Below are positions 10,641-19,407 of a stretch of DNA of 64,000 nucleotides, in pieces. Origin of the DNA: Terriglobia bacterium (GTDB lineage: Bacteria > Acidobacteriota > Terriglobia > JAJPHL01 > JAPKYU01); NCBI GenBank assembly GCA_965223005.1, contig CBDCVK010000005.1, forward strand, positions 1-64,000, read 5' to 3'. The notes below the pieces were generated by a model, which saw nothing but the letters and a program-made list of their open reading frames with translations, made no database searches and had not been told where the DNA came from. Each line of letters begins with the position of its first letter. Positions within the stretch are counted from its first letter, which is position 1. A program made the translations under genes and the position numbers.

Positions 10641-11581
10641 GCGCCGCCAGCGGCCTGGAGCACCTGAAACCGTTTTTGCCGGGACTGGAGGACATCCTGG
10701 CCGACCCGGACGTGAGCGAGATCATGATTAACGGCCCCCATAACGTCTGGGTCGAGCGGAGAGGGAAGCTCGTATCACACGATGTTCCCCGCCTCGATGC
10801 GGCGGCGCTGGAGAGGGCCGCTATCCATATCGCCCGGCCCTTGGGCCTGGACCCGGCCCGGTCGCCCATCGTGGATGCCCGCCTGGAGGATGGCTCGCGG
10901 GTCGCAATCTGTGTCCCGCCCGCGAGCCCCACAGTTGCAATTACCGTTCGCCGCTTCGGCAAGCGCTCGTTTTCCGCCGATGATCTGGTGGGGCAAGGCG
11001 CACTCCCCGAAAACGTGCGGGCGGAAGCCGAGCGGGTGTTGCGCTCCCGGCGGAATATCCTGGTTTCAGGCGGCACCGGATCGGGCAAGACCACCCTGCT
11101 CAATGCGCTGATCGAACTACTACCGGATGACGAGCGAATTGTCGCCATCGAGGACACGCTGGAGCTTCGCATTGATCGCTCCAATTGCGTCCGATTCGAG
11201 GCGCGTGGGTTGCAGGAAGGAGCGGTAACGATCCGCGACCTGGTGCGCCACGCGCTGCGTCACCGCCCGGATCACATCGTGGTGGGCGAGGTCCGGGGCG
11301 GCGAGGCCGCTGATCTATTGCAAGCCCTCAACACCGGACACGGCGGCTCGCTCACCACCGTACACGCCAACAACGCCGAGTCGGCCTTGTCGCGCATCGC
11401 CAGTTGCGCCATGCAAGGCGGCGGCGAGCTTCCCTGGGAAGTCACCTGCCGGGGCGTGGTGGACGGCATCGCTATGGTGATTCACATGACCCGCCGAGAG
11501 GGACGTCGGTTCGTGGAGGAAGCGCTGCTCGTCCAGGGCTACGACGCGCCACAGAACCACTGGATCATCCAGCCGATCTAG
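10637..11581 (+). CDS. virB11: VirB11/TrbB/CpaF-family secretion ATPase
   Basis: 'DVSEIMING', Walker A GGTGSGKTT, 'IEDTLEL', 'ALRHRPDHIVVGEVRG', 'NTGHGG.LTTVHA'; ATGA overlap with virD4. Confidence 0.92.
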   Translation: MSAASGLEHLKPFLPGLEDILADPDVSEIMINGPHNVWVERRGKLVSHDVPRLDAAALERAAIHIARPLGLDPARSPIVDARLEDGSRVAICVPPASPTVAITVRRFGKRSFSADDLVGQGALPENVRAEAERVLRSRRNILVSGGTGSGKTTLLNALIELLPDDERIVAIEDTLELRIDRSNCVRFEARGLQEGAVTIRDLVRHALRHRPDHIVVGEVRGGEAADLLQALNTGHGGSLTTVHANNAESALSRIASCAMQGGGELPWEVTCRGVVDGIAMVIHMTRREGRRFVEEALLVQGYDAPQNHWIIQPI

Positions 11582-11664
11582 AGGGAACACCATGACGGAT
11601 GAAGACTCTCGAGGACTTCGACCGGGAGCTCGGACGGGGCGGCGTGGAGAGTAGAGGCGGAAGG

Positions 11665-11883
11665 ATGAGCCTGGACACAGAAGCGAGGGAAGCCCCGATC
11701 ACGGTGAAGGCCGCCGCCCGTTTCCTGGGCGTCAGCCCCTCGCTGGTGTATGCTTACGTCGAGCGAAAGCAGATTCCCCATTACCGCATGATGGGCCGCT
11801 CGATCCGCTTCCGGCTGTCGGAACTGGTCGAGTGGCGCCAGCAATTTCATGTGAATGGAGGAATCGATGAACAACACAGGTAG
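11665..11883 (+). CDS. xis: Excisionase / HTH_17 DNA-binding protein
   Basis: 'TVKAAARFLGVSPSLVYAYV...IPHYRMMGRSIRF...EL.EW'; overlaps integrase start. Confidence 0.85.
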   Translation: MSLDTEAREAPITVKAAARFLGVSPSLVYAYVERKQIPHYRMMGRSIRFRLSELVEWRQQFHVNGGIDEQHR

Positions 11884-13027
11884 ACCGAGAAATACCTCCG
11901 GTAGCCTGTACCTCCGGCGCGATTCACGCGTCTGGTGGATGAGCTACCGGGACCAGAACGGGAGGTTCAGACAGGAGTCGACAGGGCAGAGGGAAACAGG
12001 CGAAGCCGAGAAGGTGATGCGCAAGCGGTTGGTGGCTCGCGATGAGGGGCTGCTAGAGAGCGCCGCGCCGGGCGGTGGGATTACCTTCAACGAGTGGGCG
12101 GACTGGTTCCTGGAGAACCGTTCCCAACCGCCCTTCCGGAGCGAGAACACCCACCTGCAAAACCTCGGCGCGCTGAAGTTCCTCAGGCCTCGGTTCGGCA
12201 AGAACAGACTATCGGACATCACATTGGAAGATATAGAAGCGTACCTGATGACCAGATTGAACACCGGCAAGCGGGTGCACACCAAGTTGGGGCTGCAACT
12301 TCGCGGCAGGCTCAAACCTGCCACCGTGCATCAGGAGTTTCGCGTCCTGCGACGCATCCTGAACGTGGCGGTGAAGAAGCGGCGGCTGGCGGTCAATCCG
12401 TGCGGCGGTGTGGAGTTTCCGGTCGCTCTGGCTGGTTCGACGCGCAAGCCGCACTATCTGACCGCCTCGGAGCAGGCCCGGCTGGAAGCCTGCGCACCTC
12501 TGTACCTGCGCAACATCATTGCGATCATGGTGGAGATGGGGCTGCGGCCCTATCGCGAGTTGATCCCGATGCGAAAGGAACAGGTCGATCTGCAGAACGG
12601 GATCGTACATCTGCCGGATTCAAAGACGGTGAACGGCATCGCGGACATGCCGATGACGGACAGAGCCCGCCAAGCGTTCGCCTCCCAGATGAAGCAGAGC
12701 GGCGATTCCGACCACCTGTTCCCGAGCCCGCGGATGGGGTCAAGCAAACCGCACATCGCGACGGTGTGCAAGCTGTGGAACCGGACGCTCCGGCGTACCG
12801 GGCTGCCCCATTTCTCGTTATACGAGTTGCGCCACACGTTTGCGACCCGGCTCAGCGCCGGGGGCGTCGCGGATCATTTCGTGACGCAGATGCTCAGACA
12901 AGGCGACGCCGCGGTGTTCAAGCGCTACAGCCAGGCGAAGCTGAACATGATGCGGGAAGCGCTGTCCAAGCTCGACCGGCAGGCGAACGAGCACGGCGCG
13001 ACTTCCTTTACGGTGCTGGCCAACTAG
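11867..13027 (+). CDS. int: Tyrosine recombinase / phage-type integrase
   Basis: N-terminal arm-binding segment 'GSLYLR...WWMSY', 'MGLRP', 'DSKT', 'YELRHTFATRL', 'KRYSQ'. Confidence 0.93.
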   Translation: MNNTGRPRNTSGSLYLRRDSRVWWMSYRDQNGRFRQESTGQRETGEAEKVMRKRLVARDEGLLESAAPGGGITFNEWADWFLENRSQPPFRSENTHLQNLGALKFLRPRFGKNRLSDITLEDIEAYLMTRLNTGKRVHTKLGLQLRGRLKPATVHQEFRVLRRILNVAVKKRRLAVNPCGGVEFPVALAGSTRKPHYLTASEQARLEACAPLYLRNIIAIMVEMGLRPYRELIPMRKEQVDLQNGIVHLPDSKTVNGIADMPMTDRARQAFASQMKQSGDSDHLFPSPRMGSSKPHIATVCKLWNRTLRRTGLPHFSLYELRHTFATRLSAGGVADHFVTQMLRQGDAAVFKRYSQAKLNMMREALSKLDRQANEHGATSFTVLAN

Positions 13028-13055
13028 AGCCAGTTTCTTGACGGTTTCTTTACGA
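13003..13055 (+). repeat. Three ~11-bp direct repeats, probable integrase arm-type sites
   Basis: TTCCTTTACGG (13003), TTTCTTGACGG (13034), TTTCTTTACGA (13045) between int and the att core. Confidence 0.55.
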
Positions 13056-13112
13056 TTCCGTCTTCGGCAATGAGAGGGAGAGCAGACGGGTGCTGAAAAC
13101 CAAGAAGTTGAG

Positions 13113-13150
13113 TGGCAGGCGGTGCAGGACTCGAACCTGCGACCCTCTGC
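13113..13150 (-). tRNA. 3' half of a tRNA (Val-like), att site; not a complete tRNA gene
   Basis: Minus strand GCAGAGGGTCGCAGGTTCGAGTCCTGCACCGCCTGCCA: anticodon-stem 3' strand, T-arm GGTTCGAGTCC, acceptor strand and CCA; no anticodon loop or 5' half present; identity as Val inferred from stem sequence. Confidence 0.75.
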
Positions 13151-13152
13151 CC

Positions 13153-13251
13153 AAGAAGTATCTGGACAAGGACAAGTACCCCTTCAGGCAGCCGGGCGAG
13201 GTGCGCGTACTCTACAAGATTGAACCTCAGCACTTCACCTCGATGAGTTAG
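13153..13251 (+). pseudogene. C-terminal fragment of a PPOX-class (pyridoxamine 5'-phosphate oxidase-like) oxidoreductase
   Basis: Reads KKYLDKDKYPFRQPGEVRVLYKIEPQHFTSMS*, matching the usual C-terminus of this family; no start codon, begins at the att junction. Confidence 0.7.
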
Positions 13252-13333
13252 CGGGCGGATTCAGTCCCCCCGCACCAGGTTGCGTGTTCGCCGTGCAGCA
13301 GGTACCTAGCCTGCCACTGCGTGTTGGGAATCC

Positions 13334-13373
13334 TTGACTTGTGGGGTAGGGCTTTGTAGAGTTACTAAACTCT
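13334..13373 (+). promoter_or_regulatory. Sigma70-type promoter with overlapping palindrome, upstream of the lipid operon
   Basis: TTGACT-N17-TAGAGT (13334-13362); AGAGTT-ACTA-AACTCT palindrome at 13358-13373. Confidence 0.6.
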
Positions 13374-13610
13374 TGTCGGAGGCCGGGTTGCACTACAAAG
13401 AGCTGCAGCACGAAAACGCCCCGCGACGAGTTTTTTTTCAGTTGGAGCTGCATGGCCTGGGAGGAGGCCAGCGGGCGAAGCAAGCTCCTAAGTGGCTCAA
13501 TCCAAGACAGGATGAGCCCTATCCCGACTTCTGCTGCTCTGGAGGGGGAGTTTGTCGCCCCTACCTGTCAGGGTCGGTGCTCGTCGTCCAGGTAGCAATG
13601 GTAGGTAGCA

Positions 13611-14282
13611 ATGGACGGAATCCGAAAAGCAGCTTTCATTGACCTGGACGGAACGCTGGTCCATTCCACCCTCGTGCACGCCTACGCCTACTATGCGCGC
13701 AACCACCGGTCGATCTTCAAGTCGCTCTACAAGTTTACCAAGGTACTGGCGAGCGTGCCCCTGCTGCTGCTGATTGACCTCTACTCTCGGCGGGCGTTTA
13801 ACGTTTACCATTTCAGACGCTACAAAGGCATCGAGCGCGACCGGCTGATCGGGCTGTCGGACGATCTTTTTGAAACCGTGACCAAGCCGGCCATCTATCC
13901 CCGCGCCTACGACCTGGTGCACGGGAATCGAGCGTCCGGCTACCGCAACGTCTTGGTGACGGGCACGCTGGATTTTACTGCCCAGCCAGTGGCTGCGGAA
14001 CTGGGCTTTGACGATTTGATCTGCAACCGGCTGGAATACACGGACCAGGTGGCCACCGGCCGGGTCGTCCCTCCGCTGATTGCCGAGGAAGCAAAAGTCG
14101 CCGCCATCGAGGACTACTGCCAGAAACAACAGATTGACCTGAGCCAATCGCGGGCCTATTCGGACAGCTATTCCGACCTGCCGATGCTGAAAGCTGTGGG
14201 GGAGCCGATTGCCACCAATCCCGACCGGCGCTTGAAGAAGTTGGCGGCCGAAAGCGGCTGGCCCGTCATTTACCTGGACTAG
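13611..14282 (+). CDS. HAD-IB family hydrolase (ElbB-like)
   Basis: 'FIDLDGTL', 'LVTG', 'AK', 'AYSDSYSDLPML..VG.P.ATNPD' HAD motifs I-IV. Confidence 0.9.
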   Translation: MDGIRKAAFIDLDGTLVHSTLVHAYAYYARNHRSIFKSLYKFTKVLASVPLLLLIDLYSRRAFNVYHFRRYKGIERDRLIGLSDDLFETVTKPAIYPRAYDLVHGNRASGYRNVLVTGTLDFTAQPVAAELGFDDLICNRLEYTDQVATGRVVPPLIAEEAKVAAIEDYCQKQQIDLSQSRAYSDSYSDLPMLKAVGEPIATNPDRRLKKLAAESGWPVIYLD

Positions 14283-14283
14283 T

Positions 14284-15981
14284 ATGGGCGAGGCGCAGAA
14301 TTCCACCACCGGGACGATGGCGCAATTGGGCCGCGGGCTCCGGGACGCGTTGAAACCTCGTTGGGCGTCCACCAACACCGAGAAGTTCAGCTCCAACTGC
14401 GTCGTCCACCTGGAGGAAAACTCCGCCCCGCGCATCCTTTGGTCGGGCGAAGACCTGGTGGAGGCGAAGTTGCCGGCCGGCACGCGCGTCGTCTACCCCA
14501 AACCGCCCATGACCCCGGTGCCCAACCGCGAGGCGGCCATCGAGTATGCCATCCGCCATCCGGAGAACATGGAGCCGCTGCCGGCGCTGCTGCGCCCGGG
14601 CATGAAGGTGACGATCGCCATTGACGATATCTCGCTGCCGTTGCCCCCTATGCGGAAGCCCGACATCCGGCAGTCAGTGCTGACCGTGCTGCTGCGGCTG
14701 CTGGGCGAGCGCGGCGTGGACGATGTACACATTGTGATCGCCAATTCCTTCCACCGGCGCATGACCCCCGCCGAGATGAAGCGCTGCGTGGGGAAAAGAA
14801 TCTTCAACGCCTTCCACCCCGACCGCTATTACAACCACGACGGCGAGGATCGGGAAGGGATGGTCGAGATGGGGAGTACCGAGTGCGGCGAGCGGGTGCG
14901 GGTCAACCGACGAGCGGCCGAGTCCGACCTGCTGATCTACGTGAATATCAACCTGGTCTCGATGGACGGCGGTCACAAGTCGGTGGGGACCGGCTTGTGC
15001 GACTACCCCACCTTGCAGGCCCACCACACGCCGCAGGCAATCCTGGATTCGGATTCCTACATGGACCCGGACCGCTCCGCCCTGGCCGCCTCCTGCAGTC
15101 GGATCGGCCGGGTCATTGACCGCCACCTGAAGGTCTTTCACATAGAGACCACCGTCAACAACCGGATGTTCGCCGAACCACTAAGCTTTCTCACCAAGAA
15201 CGAGGACGAGTTCACCGGGTCGGAGCGCCTCAAATTCCGGGCCCTGCAGAAGACGCTGGTCGTGCTGCCCCGATCGTGGAAACGCAAACTATTTTCCGGC
15301 ATCCCCTCGCCCTACGAAATGACCTCCGTTTTCGCCGGGGAAACCGAGGCCACGCACAGGAAGGTCCTGCGCAAGTGCTACGAGCAGTACAACGTGGCTG
15401 TCCAGGGCCAGTCGGACGTGGTGATCACTGGCATCCCGTTCGTCTCTCCCTACAATGTCAACTCCATCATGAACCCGATCCTGGTGCAGGTGATGGCCAA
15501 CGGGTACTTCTTCAACTTTTACCGGCACCGCCCTCTGGTGAAGAAGGGTGGGGTGATGATCATTACCCACCCGCTCTACGACGAGTTTGACCCGACATTC
15601 CACCCCTCCTACATCGAGTTCTTCCACCGGCTGCTGACCGAGACACGGGATTCGTTCGTCTTGCAGGAAAAATATGAGGAGGAATTTTCCCGTGATCCCC
15701 GGTATATTGCCATGTACAGGGAGGGCTACGCCTACCACGGCGTCCACCCCTTCTACATGTGGTATTGGGGAGAAAACGGGCGGGCGCACTTGGGCAAGAC
15801 CATCGTAGTGGGCGCCGAGAATGACCACGTGGCGCCGATTCTAGGCTGGTCGAATGCGCGCACCATGGAGGAGGCGCTGGCCATGGCCGAGTCCCACCTG
15901 GGGCGGCGGCCCACGGTGACGATGCTGCATATGGCGCCGATCGTAATGACCGATGTGCTGGAAGAAGCGCCGGCCACGTAA
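14284..15981 (+). CDS. Lactate-racemase-domain (LarA/DUF2088-like) protein (ElbC-like)
   Basis: 'KVTIAIDDIS.P', 'ANSFHRRMT..E', 'NHD', 'GGHKS' LarA N-terminal-domain motifs; operon context. Confidence 0.8.
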   Translation: MGEAQNSTTGTMAQLGRGLRDALKPRWASTNTEKFSSNCVVHLEENSAPRILWSGEDLVEAKLPAGTRVVYPKPPMTPVPNREAAIEYAIRHPENMEPLPALLRPGMKVTIAIDDISLPLPPMRKPDIRQSVLTVLLRLLGERGVDDVHIVIANSFHRRMTPAEMKRCVGKRIFNAFHPDRYYNHDGEDREGMVEMGSTECGERVRVNRRAAESDLLIYVNINLVSMDGGHKSVGTGLCDYPTLQAHHTPQAILDSDSYMDPDRSALAASCSRIGRVIDRHLKVFHIETTVNNRMFAEPLSFLTKNEDEFTGSERLKFRALQKTLVVLPRSWKRKLFSGIPSPYEMTSVFAGETEATHRKVLRKCYEQYNVAVQGQSDVVITGIPFVSPYNVNSIMNPILVQVMANGYFFNFYRHRPLVKKGGVMIITHPLYDEFDPTFHPSYIEFFHRLLTETRDSFVLQEKYEEEFSRDPRYIAMYREGYAYHGVHPFYMWYWGENGRAHLGKTIVVGAENDHVAPILGWSNARTMEEALAMAESHLGRRPTVTMLHMAPIVMTDVLEEAPAT

Positions 15982-15989
15982 AGGAACCT

Positions 15990-17597
15990 GTGTCCGTGAT
16001 CGCGAACAAGACGCATCCAACCGACGGCCCCATTGACGCGGCCGCTGCTTTCCGCCAAAACGGCGTCCTGCTGATCGGCGCCACCGGCTTTATGGGAAAG
16101 GCAACGGTGGCGCTATTGCTGGACCGCTATCCCGACTTGAAGAAACTGTACGTGCTGTGCCGGGCCAAGCCCGGCCGGTCCGGCGAACAGCGCTTTTATG
16201 GTGAAACAGCCCACTCGCCAGCTCTGACGCCCATCGTCGAAAAGCTGGGTTTGGATTTTGTGCGGCGCAAGATTCAGGTGCTCGAAGGCGACGTCAGCGA
16301 GCCCCTCTGCGGGCTTTCCCGAAACCAGATCGAAGAATTGAAGGGCGCGGTAGGTGTCGTCATCAACTCCTCCGGTCTGGTTGATTTTTCTCCACCTCTG
16401 GATGAGTCCCTGGCCACTAACCTGTACGGCACGAAGAACGCGATCCAGCTGTGCCGCACCTTGGGCGCACGCCTGGTGCACATCTCCACTTGCTATGTCG
16501 TGGGCGCCTACGACGGGATGGTGCCGGAGGACGGCACCATCCCGGGTTTTTATCCTGGACGCAACGGGCCGGCCGATGATCGCTTCGATTGCCTCAAAGA
16601 GATGAAATACTGCGAACAAGCAATTGAGTCGGCACACCGGAGCTACCAACACGACCCTCTCGAGCTCCGCAAGGAACTGGTGCGACTGGGAATGGAGCGG
16701 GCCCAGCACTGGGGTTGGATCAACACCTACACCTATATGAAAAGCCTTGGCGAACAGTTCCTGTCGCGAGAACGGGATCTGGCCTATACCATCGTCCGAC
16801 CGGCTATTGTGGGGACCGCGATTCGCTTCCCCTTCCCCGGCTGGACTGAGGGGTTCCGCACCACGGCGCCGCTGATCCTGATGGCGGCGGCGGGGGTGAA
16901 AAGCTGGCCGGTGCGAAAGGAGGATCCGCTGGAAATTGTGCCGGTGGATTTGGTCTCGGCAGGGATGCTGATCGCCAGCGCCGCCATTCTGTGCAACCGG
17001 CACCATCAGGTCTACCAGCTCGGGACCGCCGACGTGAACCCGGTCCTCTACCGTCGGCTGGTGAATTTTCTGGGCATGTATGCCCGCAAGATCAACCGCA
17101 GGAGAAGCGAGGGCAGCAAGATCCTGAACATGGCCCGGGCCTACATCGAGACTCGAGCGGTCACCGAACAAGAACTGAAGGTGCAGCGCGGCCTCAAGCG
17201 GAAGCTGCTCAGCCTGAGCAAGCGCGCCGTTTCCCGCCTATCGGGCCTTTCCCAGCGCCGCCGCCTGCCGGGCAAGGAGCGCCTGCAGGAATTAAACCGG
17301 CGCCTGCGAATGCTCTCGCGGGAGATTGCCTTGCGGGAACAAACTCTGGACCAGTACCTGCCCTTTATGGTGCGCTGCCGGTTCATCTTCGAATCGCGCA
17401 ATATCCGCGATACCTACGCCCAGCTAACCGAGGCGGATCGCCAGCGGTTGACCTGGGACCCGGAGAATATTGACTGGGCAGATTACTGGGTACACAAACA
17501 CACCAAAGGCATCGAGAAATGGATCCGGCCCGAGTTCGTGCGGAGCATGAAGGCGCCGCGCGCCAGCAGAGCCAAACAAACCGCTTCGGCCAGCTAG
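15990..17597 (+). CDS. Fatty acyl-CoA reductase (male-sterility/NAD_binding_4), homologous to the ElbD N-terminal domain
   Basis: 'GATGFMGK', 'HISTCYV', 'GWINTYTYMKSLGE', 'IVRPAIV...FPFPGW.EG', 'VPVDLV', 'IDWADYW'. Confidence 0.88.
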   Translation: MSVIANKTHPTDGPIDAAAAFRQNGVLLIGATGFMGKATVALLLDRYPDLKKLYVLCRAKPGRSGEQRFYGETAHSPALTPIVEKLGLDFVRRKIQVLEGDVSEPLCGLSRNQIEELKGAVGVVINSSGLVDFSPPLDESLATNLYGTKNAIQLCRTLGARLVHISTCYVVGAYDGMVPEDGTIPGFYPGRNGPADDRFDCLKEMKYCEQAIESAHRSYQHDPLELRKELVRLGMERAQHWGWINTYTYMKSLGEQFLSRERDLAYTIVRPAIVGTAIRFPFPGWTEGFRTTAPLILMAAAGVKSWPVRKEDPLEIVPVDLVSAGMLIASAAILCNRHHQVYQLGTADVNPVLYRRLVNFLGMYARKINRRRSEGSKILNMARAYIETRAVTEQELKVQRGLKRKLLSLSKRAVSRLSGLSQRRRLPGKERLQELNRRLRMLSREIALREQTLDQYLPFMVRCRFIFESRNIRDTYAQLTEADRQRLTWDPENIDWADYWVHKHTKGIEKWIRPEFVRSMKAPRASRAKQTASAS

Positions 17598-18316
17598 GAA
17601 CCGGTACGGTAAGTTCCCTCTCCAACCATCTGGAAGATACTTATCCGCTACCCCGGTCCTTGGCGGCTCTCACCCACTGGACCGTGGATCTGGCCGAAGA
17701 GCTCGTGTTCAGCCTGGCGTTCCAGGTGCGGGTGGAGGGCCGGGAGCAGATTCCCCAGAACAGCAACTTCCTGGTCGTCAGCAACCACGCGAGCCACCTC
17801 GATTACGGGTTGGTAGCCCACATTTTGGGCCGGCAAAGGAAAAAGTTGTACGTGCTGGCTGCCAGCGACTACTTTTTCAACAACAAGCTGAAACGCACCT
17901 ACTGCCAGAAGTGCACCAAGCTTCTGCCCATGGACCGGGAGATTCCGCTCCACCGGGCTCTGCCTTACGGCGATGCCTGCCTGGCTGCCGGAAACAACCT
18001 GTTGGTGTTCCCGGAAGGGACGCGGAGCCCGGATGGACGCATGGGCCGGTTCAAGCGTACAGCCGCTGCTCTCTGCCTGAGAAATCAGGTGGATGTGCTG
18101 CCCATGTATCTCCACGGCACCTACAAGGCGCTTCCCAAAGGCAAGACGCTGTTGCGATCGCGGCGACTGGGGGCTTGCGTTGGCACCGTCCTCAGCTATG
18201 AACAAATGGCGGCGGAGACCCTTGGGCGGGCAATGAAGTTCAACGCGGCCACTTTGCGAGTGACGGAACGAATCCAGCAGGCCGTGGAACAACTGCGCGA
18301 GGGCGGGCAGGCTTGA
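17519..18316 (+). CDS. PlsC-type acyltransferase, homologous to the ElbD C-terminal domain (start uncertain, may be ~17660-17684)
   Basis: 'NHASHLD', 'VFPEGTRS.DG.MG.FK', 'LPMYL.GT..ALPKG'. Confidence 0.85.
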   Translation: MDPARVRAEHEGAARQQSQTNRFGQLGTGTVSSLSNHLEDTYPLPRSLAALTHWTVDLAEELVFSLAFQVRVEGREQIPQNSNFLVVSNHASHLDYGLVAHILGRQRKKLYVLAASDYFFNNKLKRTYCQKCTKLLPMDREIPLHRALPYGDACLAAGNNLLVFPEGTRSPDGRMGRFKRTAAALCLRNQVDVLPMYLHGTYKALPKGKTLLRSRRLGACVGTVLSYEQMAAETLGRAMKFNAATLRVTERIQQAVEQLREGGQA

Positions 18317-19299
18317 GCAAGATCCTGATTACCGGTGCCACCGGTTTTCTGGGCACTCACCTGCTGCGCTGGATACACGAGTCTAGCTGCAGCGCGGGCT
18401 TGCGCCTGCTGACTCGCAGCGGGCGCTGGAGCGAAACCCAGACGGGCGCAGAGGTGGTGCAGGGAGACATCTGCGATCGCGCTACGGTTCGCAAGGCGAT
18501 GTGCGACGTCTGGCGCGTTTATCACCTGGCCGGGCTGGTCTCCCGCGAGCCGAGCCAAGCGCCCCTGCTCTACCGCACGCACGTGGAGGGGACGCGCAAC
18601 CTGTGCGAGGCCGCCTTGGAGTTTGGTGTCGAAAAGATGGTTCTGGTCTCCTCTTCCGGAACGATAGCCGTCAGCCGCTCGCCGGACGTCCACCGGGAGG
18701 ACGAGCCGTTTGCCAACGACGTGGTAGGACGCTGGCCCTACTATTTGAGCAAGATCTTCGAAGAGAAACTGGCCCTGTCGTATCACCGCGCACGGGGACT
18801 GCCTGTGGTGGTTGTCAATCCCAGCCTGCTGCTGGGGCCCGGCGACCAGAAGGGCCGTTCCATCCGGGAAGTGATCCTGTTCCTGCGCCAGAAGGTTTTC
18901 GCCGTGCCGCCAGGAGGGTTGAATTTCTTGGACGTGCGCGACGCGGCAGCGGCCCTGGGAGCAGCGATGGAGAAAGGAAATACCGGCGAACGGTATTTCC
19001 TTGGAGGACCCAACTGGACCTTTGCCGAGTTTTTCTACCGCCTGGAAATCCTTTCGGGAGTGAAGGCGCCCCGGACAAGAGTCTCAGCGAACCTCTCCAG
19101 CTGGGTAGCCCGCCTGAACCCCGTCGTGCGCGCGTTGGCCCCGAGGTACTTCCCGGTAACGCAGGCCGAAGTGGAGATGGCCTCGCATTTCTGGTACCTG
19201 GATAACAGCAAAGCGAGCCAGGCACTGGGGGCTACCTTCCGCGACCCGGCCGACACCTTGCGCGCCACCATTGAAGACGCCCGCCGGCTGCTGGCCTGA
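18313..19299 (+). CDS. NAD-dependent epimerase/dehydratase (ElbE-like)
   Basis: 'ITGATGFLG', 'YHLAG', 'YYLSK', 'VNPSLLLGPGD', 'DVRDAA'. Confidence 0.9.
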   Translation: MSKILITGATGFLGTHLLRWIHESSCSAGLRLLTRSGRWSETQTGAEVVQGDICDRATVRKAMCDVWRVYHLAGLVSREPSQAPLLYRTHVEGTRNLCEAALEFGVEKMVLVSSSGTIAVSRSPDVHREDEPFANDVVGRWPYYLSKIFEEKLALSYHRARGLPVVVVNPSLLLGPGDQKGRSIREVILFLRQKVFAVPPGGLNFLDVRDAAAALGAAMEKGNTGERYFLGGPNWTFAEFFYRLEILSGVKAPRTRVSANLSSWVARLNPVVRALAPRYFPVTQAEVEMASHFWYLDNSKASQALGATFRDPADTLRATIEDARRLLA

Positions 19300-19361
19300 G
19301 CACGTGTGTCCATTTCCGTTATCTGAGATTTTCTTCCAGTAGCATCGCTGCCCCTTAATCT

Positions 19362-19370
19362 TGCTATAAT
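19362..19370 (+). promoter_or_regulatory. Extended -10 promoter for korAB
   Basis: TGcTATAAT ~38 nt before the ATG at 19408. Confidence 0.55.
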
Positions 19371-19407
19371 GAAGGTTTTGGAGCCGGCAGTCACTCCGGG
19401 AGAGGGC

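Larger units (their letters stand above)
1..13150 (+). mobile_element. Right part of an integrative conjugative element (T4SS + coupling protein + xis/int + att)
   Basis: Co-oriented conjugation genes followed by excisionase, tyrosine integrase and a tRNA 3'-half at 13113-13150; left end lies outside the window. Confidence 0.88.

Noticed and set aside
13113-13190. Complete tRNA gene or intron-split tRNA
   Set aside because: No anticodon loop, D-arm or matching acceptor 5' strand could be found outward of 13150; the sequence instead encodes a PPOX C-terminus.
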